A stretch of 64,000 nucleotides of DNA from Eledone cirrhosa (GCA_964016885.1 OZ024764.1:6572001-6636000); one strand, 5' to 3'; positions 10,710 through 23,970 are shown, counted from the stretch's first letter. A program made the numbers and translations. Notes: a model not told the origin generated them from the letters alone.

Positions 10710-11455
10710 AGTAGTAGTAGTTGTCGTATTGGTGGTGCTACTGGTAGTGGTGGTGGTGTTTGTGGTACTAGTGGCCACAGCTGGCTTGCACAAATGTTTT
10801 ATCCATTGTCGGTGGAGCACCCTGGGTGGGGCAGGGCAGCAAACGGGTCTGTATTGAGTCAGTGGAGCGTTGGATAGAAAGCCTGGAGTGAATATATTCC
10901 TTCCAGCTTTCTCTCTGACCTGAGTTTAAACGTGCTCCCCCCCCCCCCCCCCCACATACCACACCCTCCAGTTGAGCTCGACTTGTTGATTCTCCTCCTT
11001 TCGAGGGTTCATGATTTAAAATACCAGTCAAATACTTGGGGAGGGGGGGGGGGGTTCTTCCTCTCCTCTACATCACATTTTCTTGCCTCCTCTTGGGTCC
11101 CAAATAATGGGTGGGGTTGGAATAAGAGAGGGAGGGGTGGAAAAATTGTTAATGTTTCCAAGTTGTCTCAGTTGATATTTTTTTAAAACCAGAATTTTAA
11201 TTAGTGATTTAGTTTACATATTGAGACCCCCAACCCATCCTATTTATTTTATAACATATGGGATTTCTTGTAATGTACTTATTTTGTCCTGTATAATGTT
11301 TTTTAATGTATAAAGAATATTAATTGTCACAGGAATGTTGCCACTTGACCCTTTAGAATTTACATTACTCTATATTTACTTTTGTATTTTCGCGGTAAAC
11401 GCTTTACATCATATAATTGTCTCACATAATATTGAATCTATGAGATTTTAAATAT

Positions 11456-12256
11456 TCTGCTAGCATGTGTAGTGTGTATATTGATATTATATGCAAATAT
11501 ACATACATGTAGATATGATACGTTGAATGAAATCGTAATTGACAATATACACAGAAATTGAAGAGAGACTGTGTTACACTGTCTTATGTAATCAGTAAAG
11601 TAATCCTTGATACATTTAAAAAAGACGATATTATATATAAACTGCATATATGATAAACTAAAATGTTATGAAAATGAAAAAGGAGAAAACTAGCAACAGA
11701 AATATAAACCTTATATAACGATGCAAATATATTGATGTTTATATAAGTGATGTAATAAGTGTTATGATATAACGGACGCTAACTGGAAGTGTTGACATTT
11801 GAAAATTTTAAAAGAAGTGAATGTTAAAATAAGCAATCATTATATATAAGAATATTTATGTTTAATCAACAGCTACGAAATTTAGTAGATAAATTATATA
11901 ATATTCATTCATTATTTATTCAAATTAATATCCCGTTAGTAAAATAAGTTGGATTAATTTGAATAAATAATTGTTTCTTCTTTAGGCACAAGGCCAGCAA
12001 TTACCCAGTGTATTACTGGTACTTTATTTTATCGACCCCGTAAGGATGAAAGGCAAAGCCCGCCGAGGTTGACTTTGCCTTTCATCCTTACGGGGTCGAT
12101 AAAATAAAGTACCAGTAATACACTGGGTAATTGCTGGCCTTGTGCCTAAAGTAGAAACAATTATTTATTCAAATTAATCCAACTTATTTTACTAACGGGA
12201 TAAAAATATATAAAACAGAACACAGTCCCGCACTCCTTACTTTATTATAGTATAGA
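11456..12256 (-). mobile_element. Non-autonomous Helitron-like insertion
   Basis: The - strand begins A|TCTATACTATAATAAAG, a typical Helitron 5' end, and has CTAG close to the other end. No target-site duplication is seen. The subterminal hairpin was not found. Confidence 0.45.
11929..12202. repeat. Fold-back made of a SINE 3' half plus about 40 bp of flanking DNA
   Basis: 11929-12057 is inverted relative to 12073-12202. Confidence 0.88.
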
Positions 12257-12747
12257 TTTATTTTGAGAACAATACCTTAACATAAGTATGAGTGGCCAGT
12301 TACAGCCAGTTTAAACAGAAAGAGGTGAGAGAATTCTGGCCAGATATGGCTGGTTTAAATGCTAAAGAGTGAAAATAAAATTACACTGGAGATAGATTAA
12401 CAAAATTTAATAAGCGAGAGGAGGATGAATATTTAAGACCCTTGAGTAAATTATCTCCCTTTCACCTTTTCTGACTCACTGGAAAACATTGCTCTCCAGT
12501 TTGGAACAGCCTCTTTTGTATGGAGAGTGAAAGAGGAGAGAAGAATCAACCCCATTGTTTGACTGGCCTGTCACTATTGATGAATTGGTAGGAGGGCACT
12601 GACATGACATAGGGGTACCTCGGGTGTTTTAAACATAGGGGAGCCTATCGCCCTCTCTCTAGATCACATGACAGCTGATTTCTTCCAAGGAGAGAGAAAG
12701 ATATAGTGACAGACAGATATGAAGAATTGATTCCATTATTGAATAAG

Positions 12748-13258
12748 GGCGGTGGATCGGTAGAGCGTCGGACAATATGCTTTACAGCATAGAGTTACGG
12801 CCCTTTATGATCTGAGTTCAAATCCCGCTGAGGCTAACTTTGCCTTTCATCCTTACAGGGTCGATAAAATAAAGTACCAGTAATACACTGGGGTCAATTT
12901 AATCGACTTTCCCCCTCCTCCAAAATTACTGACCTTGTGCCTATACTAGAAATCCTTATTGAATAGACCCAAAACTCCTGGTGGAGTCTTAAGGGCACTG
13001 CATGTCTTTTAAACATGGTGGAGCCCATCTCCTCTATCCAGGGAGGGGGAATAATCAGTTCATTATTACATTGGTGACTTAGCAGTATCAGTAGAGGGTC
13101 GGACGCCATGCTTTACAGCATAGAGTTATGGCCCTTTGTGGTCTGAGTTTAAATCCCGCTCCAAGTTAACTTTGCCTTTCATCCTTGTGGGGTCGATAAA
13201 ATAAAGTACCAGTAATGTACTGGGGTAATTGCTGGCCTTGTGCCAAAAGTAGAAATAA
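12748..13258 (+). mobile_element. Two tRNA-SINE copies (12748-12950, 13070-13258)
   Basis: Family match. Confidence 0.8.
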
Positions 13259-13459
13259 TTATTACATAGATCCAGAATACCTGGTGGACTCATAAGGGCA
13301 CTGCTGCCATGACATAAGGCATGTCTTCGGCATTTTAAACCCAGCAGAGACCATTTCTTCTCTCTCGGTCATAATACAACCTATTTCTTCCAAAGAAACA
13401 GAGCGGAAGAAACAATCCATTATTGGATAAACCCTTAACTCCCAACGGAGCCTTTAGAG

Positions 13460-14062
13460 CACTGCTGTCCTGGAGCCAAGGCCTTGGGTAAATATATGCT
13501 GTCCTGGTGCCAGGCGCTGGGGTAAATATATGCTGTCCTGGTGCCAAGCCCTGGGGTTAGGGCACTGCTGTCCTGGTGCCAAGCGCTGGGGTAAATATAT
13601 GCTGTCCTGGTGTCAAGCCCTGGGGTTAGGGCACTGCTGTCCTGGTGCCAAGCGCTGGGGTAAATATATGCTGTCCTGGTGTCAAGCTCTGGGGTTAGGG
13701 CACTGCTGTCCTGGTGCCAAGCGCTGGGGTAAATATATGCTGTCCTGGGGTTAGGGCACTGCTGTCCTGGTGCCAAGCGCTGGGGTAAATATATGCTGTC
13801 CTGGTGTCAGGGCACTGCTGTCCTGGTGCCAAGCGCTGGGGTAAATATATGCTGTCCTGGTGCCAAGCCCTGGGGTTAGGGCACTGCTATCCTGGTGCCA
13901 AGCGCTGGGGTAAATATATGCTGTCCTGGTGCCAAGCCCTGGGGTTAGGGCACTGCTATCCTGGTGCCAAGCGCTGGGGTAAATATATGCTGTCCTGGGG
14001 TTAGGGCACTGCTGTCCTGGTGCCAAGCGCTGGGGTAAATATATGCTGTCCTGGTGCCAAGC
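13460..14062. repeat. 69-bp minisatellite with internal subrepeats
   Basis: Unit gggcactgctgtcctggtgccaagcgctggggtaaatatatgctgtcctggtgccaagccctggggtta, giving a 23-aa period in the ORF translations. Confidence 0.92.
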
Positions 14063-14439
14063 ATGTTTTTTAACATTTTAAACCCGGCAGAGTTCATCTC
14101 TCTCTCTCCAGATCAAAACACAGCCATTTTCTTTTCCAAAGGAAATAAGAAAGAGAGTGAGATAGCAGGGTGCATGGTGGGGCAAACCTCAGTGTATGAC
14201 TGGTACTTCAGTTCTTTGTTTATTGATGGATCTTAAAACATTATGAAAGACAGTGTTTACTTCGCAGTGAGCGGGGGCAAAATCTAGTTCAGAACCTTTT
14301 GGCCCATTGCTGCTAACGACTCGACCAATTAGACATCTGTCCCCTTCCCCTCAGCTTTGGGATACAATGTACACTGTTCTCACCCACACCCCTGGGGTAC
14401 ACTACTCTTCTTCAACCCTAGGTACTTTGATCTGTCCCC

Positions 14440-15910
14440 TCCTCTTCAGCCCTGGGGTATAATGTACACAGCTCTTCCCTGGGGTATAATGTACACAGCT
14501 CTTCCCTTCAGCCCTGGGGTACAATGTACACAGCTCTTCCCTTCAGCCCTGGGGTATAATGTACACAGCTCTTCCCTGGGGTATAATGTACACAGCTCTT
14601 CCCTTCAGCCCTGGGGTACAATGTACACAGCTCTTCCCTTCAGCCCTGGGGTATAATGTACACAGCTCTTCCCTTCAGCCCTGGGGTACAATGTACACAG
14701 CTCTTCCCTTCAGCCCTGGGGTACAATGTACACAGCTCTTCCCTTCAGCCCTGGGGTACAATGTACACAGCTCTTCCCTTCAGCCCTGGGGTACAATGTA
14801 CACAGCTCTTCCCTGGGGTATAATGTACACAGCTCTTCCCTTCAGCCCTGGGGTACAATGTACACAGCTCTTCCCTTCAGCCCTGGGGTATAATGTACAC
14901 AGCTCTTCCCTTCAGCCCTGGGGTACAATGTACACAGCTCTTTCCTGGGGTACAATGTACACAGCTCTTCCCTTCAGCCCTGGGGTACAATGTACACAGC
15001 TCTTCCCTTCAGCCCTGGGGTATAATGTACACAGCTCTTCCCTTCAGCCCTGGGGTACAATGTACACAGCTCTTCCCTTCAGCCCTGGGGTACAATGTAC
15101 ACAGCTCTTCCCTTCAGCCCTGGGGTACAATGTACACAGCTCTTCCCTTCAGCCCTGGGGTATAATGTACACAGCTCTTCCCTTCAGCCCTGGGGTACAA
15201 TGTACACAGCTCTTTCCTGGGGTACAATGTACACAGCTCTTCCCTTCAGCCCTGGGGTACAATGTACACAGCTCTTCCCTTCAGCCCTGGGGTATAATGT
15301 ACACAGCTCTTCCCTTCAGCCCTGGGGTACAATGTACACAGCTCTTCCCTTCAGCCCTGGGGTACAATGTACACAGCTCTTCCCTTCAGCCCTGGGGTAC
15401 AATGTACACAGCTCTTCCCTTCAGCCCTGGGGTATAATGTACACAGCTCTTCCCTTCAGCCCTGGGGTACAATGTACACAGCTCTTCCCTGGGGTATAAT
15501 GTACACAGCTCTTCCCTTCAGCCCTGGGGTACAATGTACACAGCTCTTTCCTGGGGTACAATGTACACAGCTCTTCCCTTCAGCCCTGGGGTACAATGTA
15601 CACAGCTCTTCCCTTCAGCCCTGGGGTATAATGTACACAGCTCTTCCCTTCAGCCCTGGGGTACAATGTACACAGCTCTTCCCTTCAGCCCTGGGGTACA
15701 ATGTACACAGCTCTTCCCTTCAGCCCTGGGGTACAATGTACACAGCTCTTCCCTTCAGCCCTGGGGTACAATGTACACAGCTCTTCCCTTCAGCCCTGGG
15801 GTATAATGTACACAGCTCTTCCCTTCAGCCCTGGGGTACAATGTATGCTGCAGTCCCCCACAGTCCTGGGGTACAATATACATAACTCTCCCCTACAGCC
15901 CTGGGGTTCA
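14440..15910. repeat. 35-bp minisatellite (27-bp deletion variants), about 42 copies
   Basis: Unit ggggtacaatgtacacagctcttcccttcagccct. Confidence 0.95.
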
Positions 15911-15989
15911 ATATACACTGCTCTCCCTCAGCCCTGGAGTACAGTTTACATTGCTTTCCCTCTGCCCTGGGGTACTGTTCCAGCAAAAT

Positions 15990-17580
15990 GTCTGTCCCAA
16001 GTCCAGAGACTCATCAGGCCAGTGCTTATCCAAGTTTCTGTGGCGTGAAGCAACTGAGAGTACAAGACTTTTCCCCTGGACAGGACGCCAGTCCATTGCA
16101 GGGTTAACTCCCCAGCTATTGCTGATACTTTCCCTGGTTTCCTTGCTGTTAAATGACAGCAGAGTACAAGACTTTTCCCCTGGACAGGACGCCAGTCCAT
16201 CGCAGGGTTAACTCCCCAGCTATTGCTGATACTTTCCCTGGTTTCCTTGCTGTTAAATGACAGAGTACAAGACTTTTCCCCTGGACAGGACGCCAGTCCA
16301 TTGCAGGGTTAACTCCCCAGCTATTGCTGATACTTTCCCTGGTTTCCTTGCTGTTAAATGACAGCAGAGTACAAGACTTTTCTCCTGGACAGGACGCCAG
16401 TCCATCGCAGGGTTAAATCCCCAGCTATTGCTGATACTTTCCCTGGTTTCCTTGCTGTTAAATGACAGCAGAGTACAAGACTTTTCTCCTGGACAGGACG
16501 CCAGTCCATCGCAGGGTTAAATCCCCAGCTATTGCTGATACTTTCCCTGGTTTCCTTGCTGTTAAATGACAGAGTACAAGACTTTTCTCCTGGACAGGAC
16601 GCCAGTCCATCGCAGGGTTAAATCCCCAGCTATTGCTGATACTTTCCCTGGTTTCCTTGCTGTTAAATGACAGAGTACAAGACTTTTCTCCTGGACAGGA
16701 CGCCAGTCCATCGCAGGGTTAACTCCCCAGCTATTGCTGATACTTTCCCTGGTTTCCTTGCTGTTAAATGACAGAGTACAAGACTTTTCCCCTGGACAGG
16801 ACGCCAGTCCATCGCAGGGTTAACTCCCCAGCTATTGCTGATACTTTCCCTGGTTTCCTTGCTGTTAAATGACAGAGTACAAGACTTTTCTCCTGGACAG
16901 GACGCCAGTCCATTGCAGGGTTAAATCCCCAGCTATTGCTGATACTTTCCCTGGTTTCCTTGCTGTTAAATGACAGCAGAGTACAAGACTTTTCTCCTGG
17001 ACAGGACGCCAGTCCATCGCAGGGTTAACTCCCCAGCTATTGCTGATACTTTCCCTGGTTTCCTTGCTGTTAAATGACAGAGTACAAGACTTTTCTCCTG
17101 GACAGGACGCCAGTCCATCGCAGGGTTAACTCCCCAGCTATTGCTGATACTTTCCCTGGTTTCCTTGCTGTTAAATGACAGAGTACAAGACTTTTCTCCT
17201 GGACAGGACGCCAGTCCATCGCAGGGTTAACTCCCCAGCTATTGCTGATACTTTCCCTGGTCTCCTTGCTGTTAAATGACAGAGTACAAGACTTTTCTCC
17301 TGGACAGGACGCCAGTCCATCGCAGGGTTAACTCCCCAGCTATTGCTGATACTTTCCCTGGTTTCCTTGCTGTTAAATGACTGAGAGTACAAGACACCTC
17401 CTGGATAAGACGCCAGTCCATCGCAGGGTTAACTCCCCAGCTATTGCTAGTACTTATTGTTAGCTGAGTATACTGGAGGAATGTGAAATGAAGTGTCTTG
17501 CTCAAGGAAACAACACAGCCCAGTCCAGGAATCAACCCCACGACATTACGATCGTAAGTCCAACCCCCTTACCACTCAGC
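15990..17580 (-). mobile_element. tRNA-derived SINE (CORE/Meta-domain-like) with an internal 101-104 bp segment amplified about 13 times
   Basis: On the - strand: a tRNA-like head (ggttgattcctgg), ccttgagcaagacactt, aaccctgcgatggactggcgtcctgtccagg, and tail gcttcacgccacagaaac...ggcctgatg. The tandem array spans 16055-17450. Confidence 0.8.
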
Positions 17581-17739
17581 AATAAACCTCCTCGGCCATA
17601 GGGTACATTATACACTGCTCCGCCCCTCACACACGCCACACATGTATCTTCGAGTCTTTCTTCCACCCCCCACCACCGTGCTGGCTACTGCTACTGCTGC
17701 TGCTGCTGCTGCTGCTGCTTCTCTGGTTGTTTCCAACAG

Positions 17740-17748
17740 CCGTAATTG
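17740..17748 (+). CDS. Candidate 9-nt microexon (CCGTAATTG)
   Basis: cttctctggttgtttccaacag|CCGTAATTG|gtgagt, directly preceded by a (TGC)n run. Frame-preserving. Confidence 0.3.
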
Positions 17749-18019
17749 GTGAGTCCTTCCATCTGGCACCATGTGGAGGTAGGAACATTTGCCAGGTTGG
17801 ATGTTGGATGTTGTTGTTGTTGTTGTTGTAGTTGATGTTGTACTTGCTGTTGTAGTTATTGTCACGTATAGCTGAACCTCCCTTCCCCACACCCCCACCC
17901 ACAAAAAAACTTCCCATTCCTCTACACCGAGTGACCCCTTGTGTGCAATGTTGCTCCAGCTAGGGCTCTTGTTTTCTAATGATTTTGAAAATAATAAAAA
18001 AACATTTGAAGGAATTTAG

Positions 18020-19492
18020 TAATACACCCAGTACACTCTGTAAAGTTGGTAGTGTTGGTGTCATGATATAATAATACACCCAGTACACTCTGTAAAGTGG
18101 TAGTGCTGGTGTCATGATACAATACACCCAGTACACTCTGTAAAGTGGTAGTGTTGGTGTCATGATACAATACACCCAGTACACTCTGTAAAGTGGTAGT
18201 GTTGGTGTCATGATATAATACACCCAGTACACTCTGTAAAGTGGTAGTGTTGGTGTCATGATACAATACACCCAGTACACTCTGTAAAGTGGTAGTGTTG
18301 GTGTCATGATAAAATACACCCAGTACACTCTGTAAAGTGGTAGCGTTGGTGTCATGATAAAATACACCCAGTACACTCTGTAAAGTGGTAGTGTTGGTGT
18401 CATGATACAATACACCCAGTACACTCTGTAAAGTGGTAGTGTTGGTGTCATGATAAAATACACCCAGTACACTCTGTAAAGTGGTAGCGTTGGTGTCATG
18501 ATAAAATACACCCAGTACACTCTGTAAAGTGGTAGTGTTGGTGTCATGATATAATACACCCAGTACACTCTGTAATGTGGTAGTGCTGGTGTCATGATAT
18601 AATACACACAGTACACTCTGTAAAGTGGTAGTGTTGGTGTCATGATACAATACACCCAGTACACTCTGTAAAGTGGTAGTGTTGGTGTCATGATACAATA
18701 CACCCAGTACACTCTGTAAAGTGGTAGTGTTGGTGTCATGATACAATACACCCAGTACACTCTGCAAAGTGGTAGTGTTGGTGTCATGATACAATACACC
18801 CAGTACACTCTGTAAAGTGGTAGTGTTGGTGTCATGATACAATACACCCAGTACACTCTGTAAAGTGGTAGTGTTGGTGTCATGATACAATACACCCAGT
18901 ACACTCTGTAAAGTGGTAGTGTTGGTGTCATGATATAATACACCCAGTACACTCTGTAAAGTTGGTAGTGTTGGTGTCATGATAAAATACACCCAGTACA
19001 CTCTGTAAAGTGGTAGTGTTGGTGTCATGATATAATACACCCAGTACACTCTGTAAAGTGGTAGTGTTGGTGTCATGATACAATACACCCAGTACACTCT
19101 GTAAAGTTGGTAGTGTTGGTGTCATGATAAAATACACCCAGTACACTCTGTAAAGTGGTAGTGTTGGTGTCATGATATAATACACCCAGTACACTCTGTA
19201 AAGTGGTAGTGTTGGTGTCATGATACAATACACCCAGTACACTCTGTAAAGTTGGTAGTGTTGGTGTCATGATAAAATACACCCAGTACACTCTGTAAAG
19301 TGGTAGTGTTGGTGTCATGATATAATACACCAAGTACACTCTGTAAAGTGGTAGCCCTGGTTTCAAAATAAAATACACCCAGTACACTCTGTAAAGTGGT
19401 AGTGTTGGTGTCATGATATAATACACCCAGTACACTCTGTAAAGTGGTAGTCCTGGTGTCAAAATAAGATACACCCAGTACACTCTGTAAAG
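18020..19492. repeat. 48-bp minisatellite, about 30 copies, derived from a dispersed repeat
   Basis: Unit cacccagtacactctgtaaagtggtagtgttggtgtcatgatacaata. The array runs into ...gaagggcatccagctgtagaaacc, whose reverse complement occurs at 4080-4140. Confidence 0.93.
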
Positions 19493-19639
19493 AGGTTGGT
19501 GTTATGAAGGGCATCCAGCTGTAGAAACCAAGCCAAATTGGAACATGTGAGCAAGATGTGGTCACGTGATCGGTCAGACACATAACAGGACAGCACGTCC
19601 AACCAAAAGTATAACTAGTGAAAATGGCAGCTATGGGGA

Positions 19640-21790
19640 AACAGTGAACCAAACTCGCTGTCTTTAATTCAGTTTTTGTACCAAGCCCTACCTATTGTCA
19701 AGAATCTTGGGTAATGACCGAAAGAATACGATCATGAATACAAGAGGCCAAAATGGGGTTCTTCCGAAGGGTCTTTGGAGTGTGTAGCTCGGAGATCAGA
19801 GTGTCACTCCAGGTAGAGCCACTACTCCGAATTGAGAGATCACAGCTCTGATACTACAGACATGTGGTTAGAATGTCTGAGGAAAGAATCTCTGAATTGA
19901 GAGACCACAGCTCTGATACTACAGACATGTGGTTAGAATGTCTCAGGTAAGAATCTCTGAATTGAGAGACCACAGCCCTGATACTACAGACATGTGGTTA
20001 GAATGTCTCTGGAAATAATCTCTGAATTGAGAGATCACAGCTCTGATACTACAGACATGTGGTTAGATTGTCTGAGGTAAGAATCACTGAATTGAGAGAT
20101 CACAGCTCTGATACTACAGACATGTGGTTAGAATGTCTCCGGAAAGAATCTCTGTATTGAGAGATCACAGCTCTGATACTACAGACTTGTGGTTAGAATG
20201 TCTCAGGAAAGAATCTCTGAATTGAGAGATCACAGCTCTGATACTACAGACATGTGGTTAGATTGTCTGAGGTAAGAATCACTGAATTGAGAGATCACAG
20301 CTCTGATACTACAGACATGTGGTTAGAATGTCTCAGGAAAGAATCTCTGTATTGAGAGATCACAGCTCTGATACTACAGACATGTGGTTAGAATGTCTCA
20401 GGAAAGAATCTCTGAATTGAGAGATCACAGCTCTGATTCTACAGACATGTGGTTAGAATGACTCAGGAAAGAATCTCTGAATTGAGAGATCACAGCTCTG
20501 ATACTACAGACATGTGGTTAGAATGTCTCAGGAAAGAATCTCTGAATTGAGAGATCACAGCTCTGATACTACAGACATGTGATTAGAATGTCTCAGGAAA
20601 GAATCTCTGAATTGAGAGATCACAGCTCTGATACTATAGACATGTGGTTAGAATGTCTCAGGAAAGAATCTCTGAATTGAGAGATCACAGCTCTGATACT
20701 ACAGACATGTGGTTAGAATGTCTCAGGAAAGAATCTCTGAATTGAGAGATCACAGCTCTGATACTACAGACATGTGGTTAGAATGTCTCAGGAAAGAATC
20801 TCTGGATTGAGAGATCACAGCTCTGATACTACAGACATGTGGTTAGAATGTCTCAGGAAAGAATCTCTGAATTGAGAGATCACAGCTCTGATACTACAGA
20901 CATGTGATTAGAATGTCTCAGGAAAGAATCTCTGAATTGAGAGATCACAGCTCTGATACTATAGACATGTGGTTAGAATGTCTCAGGAAAGAATCTCTGA
21001 ATTGAGAGATCACAGCTCTGATACTACAGACATGTGGTTAGAATGTCTCAGGAAAGAATCTCTGAATTGAGAGATCACAGCTCTGATACTACAGACATGT
21101 GGTTAGAATGTCTCAGGAAAGAATCTCTGGATTGAGAGATCACAGCTCTGATACTACAGATATGTGGTTAGAATGTCTCAGGAAAGAATCTCTGAATTGA
21201 GAGATCACAGCTCTGATACTACAGACATGTGGTTAGAATGTCTCAGGAAAGAATCTCTGAATTGAGAGATCACAGCTCTGATACTACAGACATGTGGTTA
21301 GAATGTCTCAGGAAAGAGTCTCTGGATTGAGAGATCACAGCTCTGATACTACAGACATGTGGTTAGAATGTCTCAGGAAAGAATCACTGAATTGAGAGAT
21401 CACAGCTCTGATACTACAGACATGGGGTTAGAATGTCTCAGGAAAGAATCACTGAATTGAGAGATCACAGCTCTGATACTACAGACATGTGGTTAGAATG
21501 TCTCAGGAAAGAATCACTGAATTGAGAGATCACAGCTCTGATACTACAGACATGTGGTTAGAATGTCTCAGGAAAGAATCACTGAATTGAGAGATCACAG
21601 CTCTGATACTACAGACATGGGGTAAAATGTCTGAGGAAAGAATTGCTGGACAGTTTTACGGGCGAATCCAACCGGTAGGAGACCCAGGGGTAGACCCCGC
21701 TCAAGATGGTTGGATAACATCCTTGAGCTTGGCTAGTCTCTCTTGGTGATCTAGTCAGATCATTTGGTGACAGTTGCTTCTGACAGGACC
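19640..21790 (+). pseudogene. RTE-clade (Expander/Rex3-like) LINE 3' fragment, disrupted and split by a 65-bp array
   Basis: Translates to KLAVFNSVFVPSPTYCQESWVMTERIRS*IQEAKMGFFRRV..SSEIRVSLQVEPLLRIERSQL*YYRHVVRMS..NPTGRRPRGRPRSRWLD, the RTE C-terminal signature. Confidence 0.85.
19829..21643. repeat. 65-bp minisatellite, about 28 copies
   Basis: ggaaagaatc at 20401, 20466, 20531 and onward. Confidence 0.95.
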
Positions 21791-22569
21791 CACTGGTGGG
21801 AGTGTTTGAGAACTCTGTGCCCCTCAACTGTCTCATAGATAAGTGGGCGAAGAAGAATGGAAGCAGTGACATTGCCCCCTGCACAAACATCTGGCACTCA
21901 TCTTGGAGATAACTATAAAATCAGCTCAAAAATACCAATTACATTCTACAGGTGTCCTTTACACCTGAGTCTGTGTGAAGTATTTACCAAAGTGTTTAGT
22001 GTTTATAAAGGGAGCGATCTAATAAATGTTAGGCCCTAATAAAAAATTTGACAAGTCAGAGGTTGATTCTGCCTCTCTCTCTGACATTCTGTCCTTCTCT
22101 AGAAGAAATCTTCTGTATTCAGACCTGGAGAGGGATTAGTTCCACCAAACTTAAAAAAAATATGCTCAAGAAACATTGTATTCCACTACAGCGCCCTCTA
22201 TGATTCTATCAGAAGTTACAGGACCATCAATACCATACTCTGAGGTATGTCCATGTAGTCATGTAGTTCCCAGTGCTGTTTTTACCAATGGTGGCCTCAT
22301 AAGTTATATAAATGGTTTAATGATCCAGCCACGGTCGTGTTACTTCTCAGCCATGGTAAGACAGATTATATATCTGAAGGAGTTTCTTTTGTTCACTCTC
22401 TGACGATAGCTTATCTGTTATTAATAGAAACTGCTCCTTCTGGTCCAAGTGACTGCCATGGTACGTACCATGCTATAGCCTCATTACATCTCTGTGTCCA
22501 ACCCATGCCAGCCATAAAACCGACTATGATGATGGTGATATTATTAAATTAATGTTGTTACCATTTTAA

Positions 22570-23970
22570 GATTGTTCTATGTCACAGTTTGATCTTAGGA
22601 CTCTCCTGTGTCACAAATAGTTGCTCTTGTGACTGACATGTCACAATTTTCTCTCATAAATGTTCTGTGTCACAATTTTCCCTTATGACTGATGTATGTC
22701 ACAATTTTCCCTTATGACTGATGTATGTCACAATTTTCCCTTATGACTGATGTATGTCACAATTTTCCCTTATGACTGATGTATGTCACAATTTTCCATT
22801 TATGACTGATGTGTGTCACAATTTTCCCTAATGACTGTTCTATGTCACAATTTTCTCTTATAACTGATATATGTCACAAATTGTTGCACTTGTGACTAAT
22901 ATGTCACAAATGATTGCTCTTACAACTGTCTTATGTCATAATTTATTCTTACAACTGTCTTATGTCATAATTTATTCTTACAACTGTCTTATGTCAATTT
23001 ACTCTTACGACTGTCTTATGTCAATTTACTCTTACGACTGTCTCATGTCATAATTTAATCTTACGACTGTCTTATGTCATAATTTACACTTACGACTGTC
23101 TTATGTTATAATTTAATCTTACAACTGTCTTATGTCATAATTTACTCTTACGACTGTCTTATGTCATAATTTACTCTTACGACTGTCTTATGTTATAATT
23201 TAATCTTACAACTGTCTTATGTCATAATTTACTCTTACGACTGTCTTATGTCATAATTTACTCTTACGACTGTCTTATGTCATAATTTACTCTTACGACT
23301 GTCTTATGTCTTAATTTACTCTTACGACTGTTTTATGTCATAATTTAATCTTACGACTGTTTTATGTCATAATTTACTCTTACGACTGTTTTATGTCATA
23401 ATTTACTCTTACGACTGTCTTATGTCATAATTTACTCTTACGACTGTTTTATGTCATAATTTACTCTTACGACTGTCTTATGTCATAATTTACTCTTACG
23501 ACTGTCTTATGTCATAATTTACTCTTACAACTGTTTTATGTCATAATTTACTCTTACGACTGTTTTATGTCATAATTTACACTTACGACTGTCTTATGTC
23601 ATAATTTACTCTTACAACTGTCTTATGTCATAATTTAATCTTACTACTGTTTTATGTCATAATTTACACTTACGACTGTCTTATACCATAATTTACTCTT
23701 ACAACTGTCTTATGTCATAATTTACTCTTACGACTGTCTTATGTCATAATTTACTCTTACGACTGTTTTATGTCATAATTTACTCTTACGACTGTTTTAT
23801 GTCATAATTTACTCTTACGACTGTCTTATGTCATAATTTACACTTACGACTGATGTCACAAATTGTTTTTATTACTGCCTTATATCACAGTTCACTCTTA
23901 TCACCCCCCCCTCTCTCACAGTCTTCTCTAATGACTGTTCCATAGCACAATCTGCTCTTATGACTGATCT
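22570..23970. repeat. 29-bp minisatellite with degenerate edges
   Basis: Unit tttactcttacgactgtcttatgtcataa. Confidence 0.93.

Larger units (their letters stand above)
11349..12369. mobile_element. piggyBac-like MITE (family 1) interrupted by an insertion of about 800 bp
   Basis: The left half (11349-11455) and right half (12257-12369) match the intact copies at 25673, 54768 and 61581. Confidence 0.75.

Noticed and set aside
185-12202. Palindromes as sequencing or assembly fold-back artefacts
   Set aside because: Most arms carry mismatches and indels, and the same families recur at distant sites with different breakpoints. An artefact cannot be excluded for the perfect palindrome at 43997.
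15990-16025. CTGATGA-gtc-tctg-gac on the - strand
   Set aside because: No GAAA follows, and it is part of the SINE tail.
13435-19652. Long periodic ORFs up to 373 aa, and the 441-aa ORF at 29673
   Set aside because: They are minisatellite translations that switch frame within the arrays and show no domain signature.
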